Assembly: GCA_963767925.1 (NCBI GenBank)
Contig: CAVYGB010000010.1
Location: 1,056,001-1,120,000 of the forward strand
Length of the DNA stretch: 64,000 nt
Source: an uncultured delta proteobacterium
Lineage (GTDB): Bacteria > Myxococcota_A > Polyangia > Fen-1088
Direction: 5' to 3'
Shown here: positions 29,533-41,400 of the stretch, piece by piece
Layout of the letters: each line of letters opens with the position of its first letter
Numbering within the stretch: position 1 is the stretch's first letter
Notes under the pieces: generated by a model
Databases searched by the model: none
What the model saw: the letters and a program-made list of their open reading frames with translations, nothing else
What the model was told of the DNA's origin: nothing
Program-made: the position numbers and the translations under genes

Positions 29533-31011
29533 TCAGCGGGCGCGGCGGCGGCGGACGCCGGCCAGCGCCAGCAGGGCCAGCGGCAGGACCAGGCTGGCCG
29601 GGGCCGGACCGCGGGCGACCTGACAGCCGACCGTCCCGTCGATCCGGGGGGCGTCGGGGCCCAGGGTGGGCGGAGTCCCCTGGCTCGAGGTGAGGCCGGT
29701 GCCCGGGATCGGCGGCCCGGAGGGCGCGGGCGCCGGCGGCGCGGCGCCCATGGTCCCCGGGCTGGTCGGCGGGGCCGGGGCAGGGGCCGGCGCCGGGGGT
29801 GGCGGCGTCGTCGTCGCGGGCGGCGGCCCGCCGGGGGCGGGGGTGATGGTGCCGGGCGAGACGGGCAGCGGATCGATGGAGGGGGCGGGCACCGCCGGCG
29901 GCGGCACCGGCAGCGGCGGTGGCGGCGTGCCGGGGGGCAGCGGCGGCGTCGATGGGCCCGGCGGCGTCATGGTCCCGGGCGGGGGCGGCACCGCCGGACC
30001 CGGCGGCGTCATCGTCCCGGGCGTCATCGCCCCCGGGGGCATCGTCCCCGGCACGGCGGGGCCCGCGTCGCAGCTATCGATCGGCGCCGTCGTGCGCGCG
30101 CCGTAGTTGCAGGCCGGCCAGGCGCCGCCGCCGGTCTGGATGTCGGTGAGAAAACCGGTGCAGCCGGGTCCCGGGTCCCAGGCCCCGGTCTCGTCGGTGC
30201 AGGGGGTGATGTCGATCCCCTCGTTCTCCTCGATCAGGCGGATGTGCCGGAGGACGGTCGTGTAGTTGGTGCCGCCGCAGGGGGCGCCGCCCGGCACGCG
30301 GGCGGTGCCGGTGACGGTGCCGACCATGCGCCAGCCCCAGTCCTTGTCCCCGTCCTGCAGGCGGATGTACGCCCCGCCCCCGGAGTCCCCGAAGCAGAGG
30401 TCGTGGGTCGCGTCGCCGACGTCGATGAAGACGCCGCGCACGCGCACCACCGGGACCTCGACCTCCATCTTCGTCACGCGCGGACCGGTCCCGCGCGTGT
30501 CGCCGAACCCGACGCCGAGCAGGCGGGCGCCCCTCTTCATGAACTTGTCGTATTCGCAGCCGTGCAGCACGGGCACCGTGGGCACCCGCTTGAGCCGCTC
30601 GTCCTCGGGCAACACGCAGTAGGCGGAGTCGCTGTCCCGGGCCGAGACGCACTTGGTGGCCCGCACCGAGAAGGCGAAGGGGGCCTTCTCCCCGAACTGC
30701 ACCAGCATGTTCGCCTTCGGGTTGCAGTGGCGCGCGGTCAGCAAGATGGTCGGCGCCACCAGGGTGGCGGTGCAGCCGGGGATCTTCGCGGTCATCGGGA
30801 CGCCACACTCGGCCGTGATCTCGCCGCCCACCACCGGCAGCAGCGGCGGCTCACCCGGCTCGGCGTCGTCCGCCGCCGCGAGCGCGGACGTCGCTCCGGC
30901 CGGCGGCTCCTCCTCCTCCAGGCCGGGCTGGCCACACGCCGCCCCCGATCCGACGAGGAGGGCGATGAGCAAGGGGAGACGGTTCGAGCGGCCGGGCGCT
31001 GGGTGCAACAT
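29533..31011 (-). CDS. Trypsin-like serine protease lipoprotein with Pro-rich linker and MYXO-CTERM-like tail
   Basis: LTARHC, DSAYC, CFGDSGG; GCQVARG...LLALAGVRRRRAR. Confidence 0.9.
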   Translation of the reverse strand: MLHPAPGRSNRLPLLIALLVGSGAACGQPGLEEEEPPAGATSALAAADDAEPGEPPLLPVVGGEITAECGVPMTAKIPGCTATLVAPTILLTARHCNPKANMLVQFGEKAPFAFSVRATKCVSARDSDSAYCVLPEDERLKRVPTVPVLHGCEYDKFMKRGARLLGVGFGDTRGTGPRVTKMEVEVPVVRVRGVFIDVGDATHDLCFGDSGGGAYIRLQDGDKDWGWRMVGTVTGTARVPGGAPCGGTNYTTVLRHIRLIEENEGIDITPCTDETGAWDPGPGCTGFLTDIQTGGGAWPACNYGARTTAPIDSCDAGPAVPGTMPPGAMTPGTMTPPGPAVPPPPGTMTPPGPSTPPLPPGTPPPPLPVPPPAVPAPSIDPLPVSPGTITPAPGGPPPATTTPPPPAPAPAPAPPTSPGTMGAAPPAPAPSGPPIPGTGLTSSQGTPPTLGPDAPRIDGTVGCQVARGPAPASLVLPLALLALAGVRRRRAR

Positions 31012-31196
31012 GAGACTTCGACCTTTCCCGCCGGGCGGAGGCTTGGAGGTGTTGGGGGGCCGGGCTGGTCGACCGTCAGCCGACCTCGAAAACGCCCCCG
31101 AGGATCTGCCAATCCCCACCCGGAATCAAGCCACTGCCACACAACGCGACGAGCCACCCCCGTCACGATTTGGAACACCCCCCCCCGAGGCGGAGG

Positions 31197-31366
31197 CCCC
31201 TCACCCCTTCCCTCTCCCCGCTTCGCGGGGCGAGGGCGAGCTGGCAGCGGGGGTGCGGTAATCTCGGGCCAACCCACCAAAGATCCCCGCTCGGGAGAGA
31301 ACCGAGGCAACTCGCCAGTCGTTCGCCCCTCGCCCCGCGGCAGCGGAGAGAGGGAGGGGTGAGGGG
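31197..31366. repeat. Inverted pair of REP-like palindromes (family A) with about 85-bp spacer
   Basis: 31197-31240 is the approximate reverse complement of 31326-31366. Confidence 0.75.
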
Positions 31367-31384
31367 TCTCCGCCTCGGGCTAGT

Positions 31385-34300
31385 CTAGTAGCTCAAACGC
31401 AGGCCGAGGCGGCCGTGGAAGGGGGGCTGGTAGGCGGTGGCGCGGCCGTAGTTGGGGTTGACGCTGATCGGCTGGCTGCCGATGTTCTTGGCGAAGGGCA
31501 GGTCGCTGGCGCTGCCGTCGACGATGGCCGCCGCCATGTCGAAGGTGTAGTTGTCGTCCATGCGCAGCGGCGTGCGGCGGTTGAGCAGGTTGAACAGCTC
31601 GACCCACAGCTCGAGGGTGGCCTGCTTCGACAGGGCCTGCCGGTAGGCGAGGCGGGCGTCGATCTGGGTGACGGCCGGCGTGCGCCCGGCCGAGCCCCGC
31701 GGCAGCAGGAAGACGAGCTGCTGCCCCGGTATGAGCGCCGAGACGTGGTTGCGCGGCACCCCCGAGAAGGCCGAGAACGACAGCCCGAACACGAGCGCGC
31801 CGGGGCCCACCGGCTGATCGTAGAACCCGCCCAGCCGGGCCGAGTGGGGTCGGTCGTTGGCCAGCCGGCCGGTCTTGTTGAGGACCAGGTCGGGCGTGTC
31901 CCAGGCGTTGTTGCCGTTGGGAGCCGAGTAGTTGTTGTCCGGGTCGTAAAGGCCGTTGTAGTTGCCGTACAGGCGCGAAAACGTGTACGAGCCGTGGAGC
32001 TGCAGGCGGCGGGCGATCCGGTGGGAGGCCGACAGGGTGACGGCGTCGTAGGTGCGCTGGGGCTTGGGCTGCTCGGCCAGCCCCTCGAGGTTGGCCAGCT
32101 TGGACTGCAGGGCCCCCAGCTCGGCCTCGAGCATCGGCCGGTCTCCCGCCCCCGCCCGCTCGAGCTGGGCCTGCTTGCCCTCGATCTCGCCGCGCACGGT
32201 GCCGAGCGCCTCGGGCGAGACCCGGCCCGGGTTGGCCAGCACGAAGGTCCCGTCGGCGGCGGTGCCGTCCTCGAGCACCGCCCCCAGCCAGCGGTGCACG
32301 AACTGCACCCCCAGCACGAGCCCGTCGATCACCTCGTAGTGGGCGCCGGTGACGATCTCGTCGTGGTATTGCCCGCGCAGCTCGGGCTGCACCGGGTAGT
32401 TGGAGCCGTTGTTGTAGAAGGCGTAGGGGCTGCTGCCGGGCGGGTTCTGGGGCTGCAGGGCGCAGTCGCTGAACTCGCCCTGGCCCTTCCAGGCGGCGGG
32501 CGGGTTCCGGCAGGCGGTGTTGTCGTAGTTGCGGATGAGGATCCCCTCGCCCCCGAAGTAGCGGGCGGCCAGGTTGAGGGGGACCGCCTCGAAGAAGCGG
32601 CCGTAGTGCCCGAACAGCTTGGCCCGCCCCTCGTTGGTGGGGTCGTAGATGATGCCGCCCCGGAAGGCCAGGTTGCTGAGGTCGGCGAAGGGGTCGCCCC
32701 GGAAGTCGTAGACCCGCTGGTGCTCGAAGCGGGCCCCGAGGTTGATGTTCAGGTTGGGCAGCACCGAGTAGCTGTCCTGCAGGAAGAAGGCCGGGCTGAG
32801 GTTCTTGACCTGGGCCCGCAGCTCGTCCTGGTAGAGGGCGGCGGCCAGCTCGGCCGGTGAGCCGTTGCCCGCGGGGTCGAGATTGCCGGGGGCCCCGTCG
32901 GCGAACTGGAAGGGGTAGCGGCCGCTCGGCAGGCTGAAGAACGACCAGACCGCGGTGTTGCCCGGGTAGTGCTGCACCAGGGCTCGGCTGCCGGCGGGGC
33001 CGCTGTAAAAGCGGGTCTGGTCGAGCGATCGACAGCTCGAGGCGAGCCCCGTATTTGACCTCGTGGGTGCCGCCCGCCGACAGCAGGTGGGTCGACTTGA
33101 GCTCGGCGCTCCAGCGCTGGGCGGAGTACGAGCGCAGGTGCCCGAAGCCGCCCGTGCGGTACAGGTCGACCGGGCAGGGATCGAAGGTCGTGGCGCTGGC
33201 CCCCGAGCCCCGGGCCTGGGGACGGCAGGCCTCGATCGCCTCGCGCTCGAACAGGCTGGTGCCGTGCCACTCCACCTGGTTGAGGTCGCTCATCTCCGGG
33301 TCGGCGCTCTGCTCCTTGTAGCGCTCGTCGTGCAGGCCGGCGGTCGCCTCCAGCTTCCAGCGGCGGTCGAAGAACTGGCCGGTCCAGCTCGCGATGATGT
33401 CGGTGTTGTTCTTGGTGAGCGTCTGCAGGGGCCAGCGCAGGTCGGCCGCCGCCTCGGCGTCGCCCAGGGTGCGGTCGAAGGCGTAACGCGAGGTGGTGGG
33501 CGAGCCGAGGACCCCCAGGGTCAGGCGCTGCTCGGGCCGGGGCAACCAGGTGAGCTTGCCCCCGTAGGCGTAGCTCTGCCGCCACTCGCTCGCGCGGTTG
33601 GACTGCACGAGCTGGGTCAGCGGATCGCCGCCCCCGTTGACGTCGGGCTGGCCGTCGCCGTCGCCGTCGACCTGGGCCTGGACGTCGCGCAGGAAGGCGC
33701 CCGACTCGCGCCGGGGGGCGATCCCCAGCCAGAAGAACAGGCGGTTGCGCACGAGGGGGCCGCCCACCTCGGCCCCGGCCTGCACGTCGTAGCCGCTGGT
33801 GTGCTGTCCCACCAGGGCGGAGCTGGCCCGGGCGACCTGGCGCGGGTCGGAGTCCAGCCAGGAGGGGGCCACCAGCGAGAAGGCGCTGCCCCGGTACTGG
33901 TTGGTGCCCGACTTGGTCACGACGTTGACCACGCCGCCCATGGCCCCGCCGTATTCGGCGGCGTACCCGCCGCTGGCCACCGACACCTCCTCGAGGAAGG
34001 CGAGCGGCAGGTTGGAGCCGCCCGAGGCGTTGGGGCGGGTGTTGAGCACGTCGCCGAGCTCGATGCCGGTGACGTTGAGGCCGTCGACGACGTAGACGTT
34101 CTCCAGCCCGCTGGCCCCCCCCACCGACACGCTGCCCGATCGATCGATGAAGGCGCCGGGCGCCCGGTCGAGGACGTCGCCGTAGGTGGTGCCGACCGGC
34201 ACGTTGCCGAGGTACTCCGCGCTGAGGGTCAGGCCGGTGCGGGCGGTCCCCAGGTCGACCGCCGGCGCGCGCCGCTCGATCACGTAGGTCTCGACCGCCT

Positions 34301-34643
34301 GGTTGGGCTGGGCCACCCGCAGGTTCACCCGCACGGTCTTGTCGGCCGAGACCAGCACGCCCGACTTCTCGGCGGCGGCGGTGGTGCCCACGGCGTAGAC
34401 CTTGATCTCGTAGCTGCCCACCGGCAGCGAGGACAGCCGGAACTCGCCCCGCTCGTCGGTGAGGGTGGCCTCCTCGCCCTGGGGCCCCGAGGCCATCACG
34501 GTCAACCCGGGCAGCGGGGCGGCGCTGGCGGCGTCGGTCACCCGGCCCACGATGTGGCCCCCGGTCTGCTGGGCCCCGGCAGGGCCGGCCAGCGCGCTCA
34601 GGGTGGCGGCGGCCAGCAGGGCGGCGCGAAGCAGGCGGGTCAC
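31385..34643 (-). CDS. Oar-like TonB-dependent receptor, frameshifted near 33030
   Basis: CarboxypepD_reg-like N-terminus, ENVYVVDG, GGYAAEYGGAMGGVVNVVTKSGTN, FLQDSY, RLGLRLSY end; split across two ORFs. Confidence 0.88.
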
Positions 34644-35512
34644 GGGGCCACCTCGAAGGTGAGGGCGGTCTCCGACAGCAGGGTCACGCCGAGGGCGTCG
34701 GCCGCCGCCTCGTCGACCGTCACCTTGATGCGGGACCCGGAGGGCCAGGACCCCTCGGCCGGCGCCACCGTCCAGCGGGTGGGATCGCTGGCGTCGGCGG
34801 CAACCTTTGATTCGACCTCGGGCAGCGGCGCGCCCGCCCGGTCGAACACCTCGACCGAGATCTGGTTCTCGATCCCTTCACCCGGCAAGTTGCTGAAGCT
34901 GACCGCCAGGCGGGACGCGCCCGGCAGCGGCTGCCCCTCGGGGGGCGCCTCCATCGCGGCGATGGTGGCCACGAAGGGGACGGTGGCGAAGTCGAGCGTG
35001 TCGCCCACCCCCTCGGCGGCGACGAAGGGCCCGGCGCCGTCCTTGCTCTGGACGCGATCCTTGTCGAGCGACACCTTGATGGGGGTGCCCGAGGGCAAGG
35101 TCGGCTGCGGGCTCACAACCAGCGCCGGGCCGCTCGGGAAGATGAGCTTGAACTTCGTGTGGCCGTTGGGGATGTAGGTCGTCAGCGTACCGGGCTCGCC
35201 GCTGGCCTCGATGAGGGCCACCTCGCTGCTGGCGACCGGCTTGCCCTCGACGATCTCCTCGATCTGGGTGGGGTCGAGCAGGCGATCGAACCGGAAGACG
35301 AACGACACCCGCGGGGAGATGGGCTTGAAGGCGCCGCCGCTGTCGGGCTCGAGCATCAGTGGCGCCCCCGTGGCGTCGAAGATGTCGATCCCCAGGAGCA
35401 CCGGAGGCCCGACCGGCCCGTCGCTGCCGCCGCATCCGAAGGCACACGCCAGAAGGCTCGGCCAGGCCCGCTGCAAGGTCCGTCTCAGGGTCGCGGGTAC
35501 AGTTGGTCTCAT
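34640..35512 (-). CDS. Lipoprotein with Ig-like (Big_5-like) domains
   Basis: AFGC lipobox, FRFDRLLDP; GTGA overlap with the receptor. Confidence 0.7.
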   Translation of the reverse strand: MRPTVPATLRRTLQRAWPSLLACAFGCGGSDGPVGPPVLLGIDIFDATGAPLMLEPDSGGAFKPISPRVSFVFRFDRLLDPTQIEEIVEGKPVASSEVALIEASGEPGTLTTYIPNGHTKFKLIFPSGPALVVSPQPTLPSGTPIKVSLDKDRVQSKDGAGPFVAAEGVGDTLDFATVPFVATIAAMEAPPEGQPLPGASRLAVSFSNLPGEGIENQISVEVFDRAGAPLPEVESKVAADASDPTRWTVAPAEGSWPSGSRIKVTVDEAAADALGVTLLSETALTFEVAP

Positions 35513-35629
35513 GTGGGTTCCCTTGGCCCTATTCGCCGGTTCGCCGGATCAGCTTGAGGGAAAAAACCGCGAGCCGGATCGGGGACCACGCCCGAGCCGC
35601 GTGACGTCTGGCCCGGCAGCACACGGACA

Positions 35630-35775
35630 CTTGCGCTCGCCGAGAACCTGCCGAACATCTCGGGCGTGCTCAGCCGGTCGACCGGGTCGACCCGCCAGAC
35701 CCGGGCCGCCGCCCAGGACCTGCAGGGCCGGACCGACCGCCTGAACCGGGTGGTCGCCCAGGCCCAGGCGGGCGA
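35630..35775 (+). pseudogene. Possible C-terminal remnant of a methyl-accepting chemotaxis protein
   Basis: LAENLPNISGVLSRSTGSTRQTRAAAQDLQGRTDRLNRVV. Confidence 0.4.
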
Positions 35776-35829
35776 GGTCGCCCACCCCGGCCCCGATCCG
35801 ACCGGTCAGGACAGCGAACGGCTCGGGGG

Positions 35830-36129
35830 TCAGGCGGTCTTGCGGCGGGGCAGCGGGGTGGCGCGGGCGGGGCCCCGGCGGTCGTCGAGCTGGCGCTCGA
35901 TCCGGGCGGCCTCCTCGGGCGCGTGGACGTAGGCCACCCCCTCGGCGAAGAGCGCGCGCAGGCCCCGGCGCTCGACCGCCTCGGCGAGCGCGGGGAACTC
36001 GCTGTCGCTCGCGCGCAGCTCGTCCCCCGGGTCCAGCGACTCGGCCGCCCGATCGACGTCGCCCCGGTCGAGCCACCAGCGGGCCCAATCCATCCGGCTC
36101 CAGTCGCTGCCGTCGTCGTCCTGCATCAC
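35830..36129 (-). CDS. Hypothetical protein
   Basis: GC3-rich ORF with GGGGG SD. Confidence 0.45.
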   Translation of the reverse strand: MMQDDDGSDWSRMDWARWWLDRGDVDRAAESLDPGDELRASDSEFPALAEAVERRGLRALFAEGVAYVHAPEEAARIERQLDDRRGPARATPLPRRKTA

Positions 36130-36249
36130 GATCCCCCGCCCACAACTATAACGCCTGCCGCAGCCCCCGGGTGATGGTGGAGAGCGGCAAAATGCCGGGC
36201 GGCAACCCGCCCGCGCCCGGGCCCGAAGTGGGCACAGGGGACTGGTGCC

Positions 36250-37236
36250 TCACCAGGGGGCCTGAAACAGGCGCTCGAAGCGGTCGGTGGTGGCGGGGGC
36301 GCCGGCGTAGGTGCGGCCGCTGCAGGTCGTCGCGGAGGCGACGCCGACCCAGGGCTGCGGATCGAGCGAGCGACACACCGGGCGCAGCCCGTCGACCGTG
36401 ACCGGCAGGGGGTGGGCGGCGTCGGGGGCGGCCAGCCAGGCGATGCGGTCGCGCTCGGCCTGGTACAGGCGCTCGTGGTCGCCGGCGCGCAGCGATTCGA
36501 TCTGCCACTGCTGGTGGGCGGCGCCCGTGCAGGCGGCCAGCACCAGGGCGGCTCCGTCGGCGCGGCTCTGACCGGCGACCTCGAGGCAGCGGGCGTCGGC
36601 CCCCCGCAGGGAGAAGGTGTTGCCGGTGCGGACCGCCTGCCAGAGCTGACCGGGGCTGCCGTCGCAGGCGCGCTGGCCGAAGCTGGCCCCCATGGTGAGG
36701 CCGGCCAGCCCGGTGGCCATCACCGCGCGGTCCAGGCAGCGGCCGCTGCCGGCGTTCACCAGGGCCCAGCCGGCGACCGGGCCGCCGCGCAGGCTCCAGC
36801 GCTGGTTGTCCCCGCCGTTGCAGGTCCACTGCTGCACCCGCGCGCCGTCGCGCCCGCTGGCCCCGTCGACGTCGAGGCAGCGGCCGGCGTGGTAGGTGGT
36901 GATCGCCACCGGCGGCAACATCGCCGGCGAATCCGCGGGCAAAGCCGGGGGCGGATCCCCGTCGACGATCCGGCAGGCGCCGTCCTGCTCGAACCCCAGC
37001 CGCTGCCCCTGGCGCAGGCGGCACAGCGGGAAGCCGGGCGCCGCCGCGACGGTGCGCGGGGGCTGCGGCGACCCGGGGTCGGCCAGGGGATCCAGGTCGA
37101 ACAGATCGAAGGCCCGCGCCGGCACCCAGCGCAGGGCATGGCGGTCGCCCGGCACCTGGCGCGCGCGCGCCGCCTGCCACAGCTCGACCACGCCGCGGGC
37201 CGACCGGTAGAGCGGCTCGAGGTCGGCGAGGGTCAG
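36250..37236 (-). pseudogene. Ricin-B lectin domain protein, apparently 5'-truncated
   Basis: GRCLDV, QQWTCNGGDNQRW, QLW and QQW (QxW) repeats; no signal peptide; in-frame stop upstream. Confidence 0.65.
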
Positions 37237-37330
37237 GCCTACATACGTCTTACTGAACGATAGTCAACACTCGCGCGCATCCCCCTGCCCCGCCGCCGGG
37301 TTGACCGTCGGCTCGGGCGGCCAATCGTCA

Positions 37331-37732
37331 CTACGGGGCGGTGGCGCTGTCGAGCAGCCGGCGCAGGACCTCGAGGTCGACCGGCTTGACCAGGTGCTCG
37401 TCGAATCCGGCCTCCTGGGTCTTGCGGCGGTCCTCGTCCTGGGCCCAGCCGGTCAGGGCGACGATCTTCATCGGCCGCCCGTCGCACTCGCTCCGGATGC
37501 GGCGCGCGGCCTCGTAGCCGTCGACCTTCGGCATCCCGAGGTCCAGCAGCGCCACGTCGGGCCGGAACGACCGCGCCACCTCGACCGCCTGAGCGCCGTC
37601 GTAGGCGATCGAGACCTCGCCGCCGAGCGCAGCCAGCAGCTCCGCCAGGCTCTCGGCCCCATCCCGGTTGTCATCGGCGACCAGCACCCGGCAGGCGCTG
37701 GGCCCCCCTGTATGAGCTGAACGCACCATCAT
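37331..37732 (-). CDS. Single-domain response regulator
   Basis: VADDNRD, LLDLGMP, ALTGW, HLVKP. Confidence 0.88.
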   Translation of the reverse strand: MMVRSAHTGGPSACRVLVADDNRDGAESLAELLAALGGEVSIAYDGAQAVEVARSFRPDVALLDLGMPKVDGYEAARRIRSECDGRPMKIVALTGWAQDEDRRKTQEAGFDEHLVKPVDLEVLRRLLDSATAP

Positions 37733-37846
37733 CGCAGGCGCTATATAGACACCCGCTCCTGTCCGTCAATCACGTCCAGGCCCGGACCCTACCACCCGGG
37801 CCGTGCGTGACCAGGTCGTCCCAGCACCGGGGTGGGACCTGGTCGC

Positions 37847-38383
37847 CTAACGGCGCAGCTCGTAGAGGGGGGGCTGGGGCGCCGGCGTGAGGAGGCGCAG
37901 GCGGGAGAAGCCGGCCTGACGGATGAGGGGCGCGAGGTCGTCGCGCTGGCCAGGCAGATGCAAGGCCTCGAGCAGCAGGCAGGTGCCCTCGGGCAGGAGC
38001 GCGTTGCGGATGGCGTTGAGGACACGGCGCGGGTCGGGGTGACGCTGGCGAAGGCGCTCGGCGGTGACGAGAGCGAAGGTGGCGCGCGGCAGGCGGGTGG
38101 AGTCGTCGACGGCGAAGGTCAGGCGGTGCGCCAGGGCGGCGGCGCGGGCCAGCTCGCGGGCGCGGGCGATGGCGGGCGGGTGTGGATCGTGGCCGACCAC
38201 CTGGGCCTCGGGGAAGGTCTCGGCCAGCGCCAGGCAGGCCAGGCCCGAGCCGCAGCCGACCTCGAGGGCGGTCCCGCCGGCCGTCAGGGCGCGGGTGATG
38301 GCCGCCGGGAGCGCGTGCCAGGTGGCCGACCAGAGGGCGCCCAGGCGTCGCTCGGGGGGCGTCCTCGGTTTCGGGCTGCTCAT
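37847..38383 (-). CDS. Class I SAM-dependent methyltransferase (short Rv2258c-like)
   Basis: LEVGCGSG motif I, AGFSRLR...YELR tail. Confidence 0.75.
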   Translation of the reverse strand: MSSPKPRTPPERRLGALWSATWHALPAAITRALTAGGTALEVGCGSGLACLALAETFPEAQVVGHDPHPPAIARARELARAAALAHRLTFAVDDSTRLPRATFALVTAERLRQRHPDPRRVLNAIRNALLPEGTCLLLEALHLPGQRDDLAPLIRQAGFSRLRLLTPAPQPPLYELRR

Positions 38384-38411
38384 GGTGCCACCTCTCGCTC
38401 CGGGATCGAGG

Positions 38412-38439
38412 CGTGACGGGAGGAGGAACAGTGTTCCTC
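38412..38439 (-). promoter_or_regulatory. Shared upstream element, copy 2 (GGAACACTGTTCC-N8-TCACG)
   Basis: Palindrome GAGGAACA-G-TGTTCCTC at 38423-38439; same core and spacing at 42858-42885. Confidence 0.75.
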
Positions 38440-38452
38440 GGCGGGCGGCCAG

Positions 38453-41400
38453 CTACAGGGGGTCGTAGCTGCAGAAGGTGCCGGTGCGGACGGTGCGGTC
38501 GAGGTAGGCGCCGAGGGCGGGGATCGACTCGCCGATCTTGCGGATGGCCCCCCGGATGCGGCGCTGGACGTTGGTGCGGGCCCGCTCGGCGGCGCTGCCG
38601 GTGCGGCGCGCGCGGCCGCCCAGGCCGACCCCGGCGGCCAGCTCGGCGGCGATGGCGGCGCGCTCCTCGCGGGCCTGGGCGGCGCGGGTGGCATCGCCGA
38701 AGGACTCCGCCTCGGCGATGGTGTCGTCGAGCTCCTCGACGCGCGCGCGGTACTCGGCGATAGCCTCGGCGTCGAGGGCCTCGCCCGCGTCGCCGGACAG
38801 GTCGGCCTCGCCGGTGGTGCCCGACAGGGCCAGGACGTGCTGCTCGCGGCCCGGATGGGCGCACAGCTCGGCGAGGAGCTGCATGCCCCTCGTGTCCTTC
38901 AGGCGGCAGATCGCCTCGCCCGAGGTGACGGTCCAGTAGTCGCCCTCGCGCACGAACGCAAACGGCGGCGCGGCCGGGAGCGCGGGGGGCGCGGGCGCCG
39001 CTGCCGGCGGGGAGCCCTCGGTCTCCGGGCGCGGGGGGCCCGGTCGCGCGGGCGCCGCCGCAGCGAGGCCCGCCGCGGCCTCGTCGAGCTCGGCCAGGCG
39101 GGTCTGCAGGATGGCGAGGCCCAGGCGGTCGGCGAGGACCCGGGCCTCGGCGACCAGGGCCCGGGCGCCCGGGCGATTGCCGCGCAGGAGCTGGAGGCGG
39201 GCGTGCCAGTACAGGTTCTGGGCCAGGTGGGGGTGCAGCTCGGCCGTACGCGCGAGGTTGGCGGCGGCGGTGAAGTGGCGATCCGCGCCCTCGAGCTCGC
39301 CCGCCACCATGGCCAGCATGCCGAGCGCGGTGTCGCCAGGGCCGCCGCAGGACATGCCGGCCCGACCGAAGGCGATGATGTGACCCGCCGTCGACAGCAT
39401 GAGGGGGTACAGCGCGCGCGCCCGCTCCCGGTCATCGAGGAGGGCGACTGGCTCGACCATCAGCGCGTACAGGCGGTGATCGCCGAACACGCTGGCGTCG
39501 CCCAGATCGATCTGGTCGAGACGCTGGCGGAGCGGAGGCAGGTCCGACAGCCGCGCCCGCACGGCGGCGATGGGGAGGTGGGTGAAGGCGGGCGGCAGCT
39601 CGGGAATGTCGGGGGCGTTCTGCACGAGCTGGATCTGCTCCTCGGCGGCCAGCATCTCGTCGAGCCGCTCGCTCTCCAGGGCCCGGCCGTGGCGGGACCA
39701 GGCCAGGACGAAGCGGGTGGGCGGATCGGGGTCCCCCTCGGCCAGCGCGACCGCCTCCTCGTACAGGCGCCCGGCGGTGTCGAAGTGGCCCTGGGCGCTC
39801 ACCAGCATCGCCCGCATCAGGCGGCCCGGGTATACGTGGCGGGCCTGGCGGAACCCGCGGGCCTGCAGCTCGTAGGCGTCGAGGGCCCTGGTCGCGTGCG
39901 CCGGGGAGCCCAGCTCGAAGCGGTCGAACACCAGGCGCGACTGGGCCCGCATGACCTGGAAGCGATCGCCGGCCGCGGTGGCCAGCGCCAGCAGCTCCTC
40001 GCTCACCGCCGCCCGCTCGGCGGGCGGGGCGTAGTCGGCCAGGGCGGCCCCACCCGCCAGCAGGACGGTTCGCAAGATGCTGGGATCGCCGATGGCCCGG
40101 GCCATGGCGAGGGCCTCCCGGGCCATCGCCATCGGCACCTGCACGTCGCGGGCGGGCTGCAAGGTGGCGGCCAGCCGGGCCAGCACCTGGGCCCGCCAGC
40201 CGTCGGGCCCGGCCGGCAACCGGTCCAGCGCTTCCCGCAGCAGGGTCACCAGGGTGGGATCGCTCTGGGCCAGCATCAGCTCGGCGCCGTAGCCGAGGGC
40301 CGCCCGGGCCAGCAGATCGCCGGCCCCCAGCCGCCGGGCCTCGGCGGCGGCGGCGCTGCAGGCGGCCCGCCCGCGACCCGGATCGCCCGCCCGCATCCAG
40401 GCCGTCCCCTCGAGCAGCTCCAGCTCGCACAGGTCGCGCCGATCGGGCGCCGGGCGGGCCTCGACCGCCTGGCGGGTCCGCTGCAGCAGCAGGGCCGCGT
40501 CCTCGAAGGCCAGCAGCGCCATGGCCCGCTCGGCCGCCACCCGCGCCGCGCCCGCCGCCTTGACCGCGTCCCCCTCGGGCAGGGCCGCCAGCCGGTGGTG
40601 GGCGATCTCGGCGACCGCGGCGTCGCCCCGCGCGGAGGCCTCGAGGGCCGCGGCCACCCGCTCGTGGGCCCCGGCCCGGGCGGCGGGATCGATCTCCCGG
40701 TACAGCGCCTCTCGCACCAGCACGTGGGAAAAGCGCCAGCTCCCCCGGGCCTGCGCCTGCACCAGGCCGGCGCGCTCGGCCTCCTCCAGCCGGCGCTCGA
40801 GCTCGACCGAGCTGGCCCCGCCCACCGCCAGCAGCAGCGCGAGGGGAAAGTCGCGCCCCACCACCGAGGCGGCGGCCAGCGCCGCCCGGGTCTCGGGGCC
40901 CAGGCGGGCGATCCGGCGGCCGATGACCTCCCGGACCGTGTCGGGGATGGGGAGGGCCGCAGCCTCACGGGGTGCGGGCCCCAGCTCCCCGCGGGCGGCC
41001 ATGAGGCGCAGCAGCTCGTTGAGGAACAGCGGGTTGCCCTCGGTGGCGCGCTCGACGGCGTCGACCAGGCCCGCGTCCGCGGGCCGCCCGGCGGCGCCCG
41101 CGACAAGGGCGGCGATGCCGGCGCGATCCAGAGGGGCGAGCGGCAGGTAGGCCCCCTCGCGCGCGACGTCGGTGAGCAGGCGCCCGACCTCGGCCGACAG
41201 GCGCGCCTCCTCGTCGCGGTAGGTGCCCACCACCAGCGCGCGCAGGCCGCGCAGGTTGCGGGCCAGGAAGTGCAGCATCGCCAGGGACGAGGGATCGGCC
41301 GCGTGGAGGTCGTCGAGGACCAGCAACAGCGGGGTGCGCTCGCCCGCCGCGCGCAGCAGCGCCACCGTCGCCTCGAACAGCCGGAAGCGGGCCTGCATCG

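Noticed and set aside
29700..30060. PGTMTPPG-type and Gly-rich (22600-22860) repeats as DNA elements
   Set aside because: In-frame low-complexity protein linkers.
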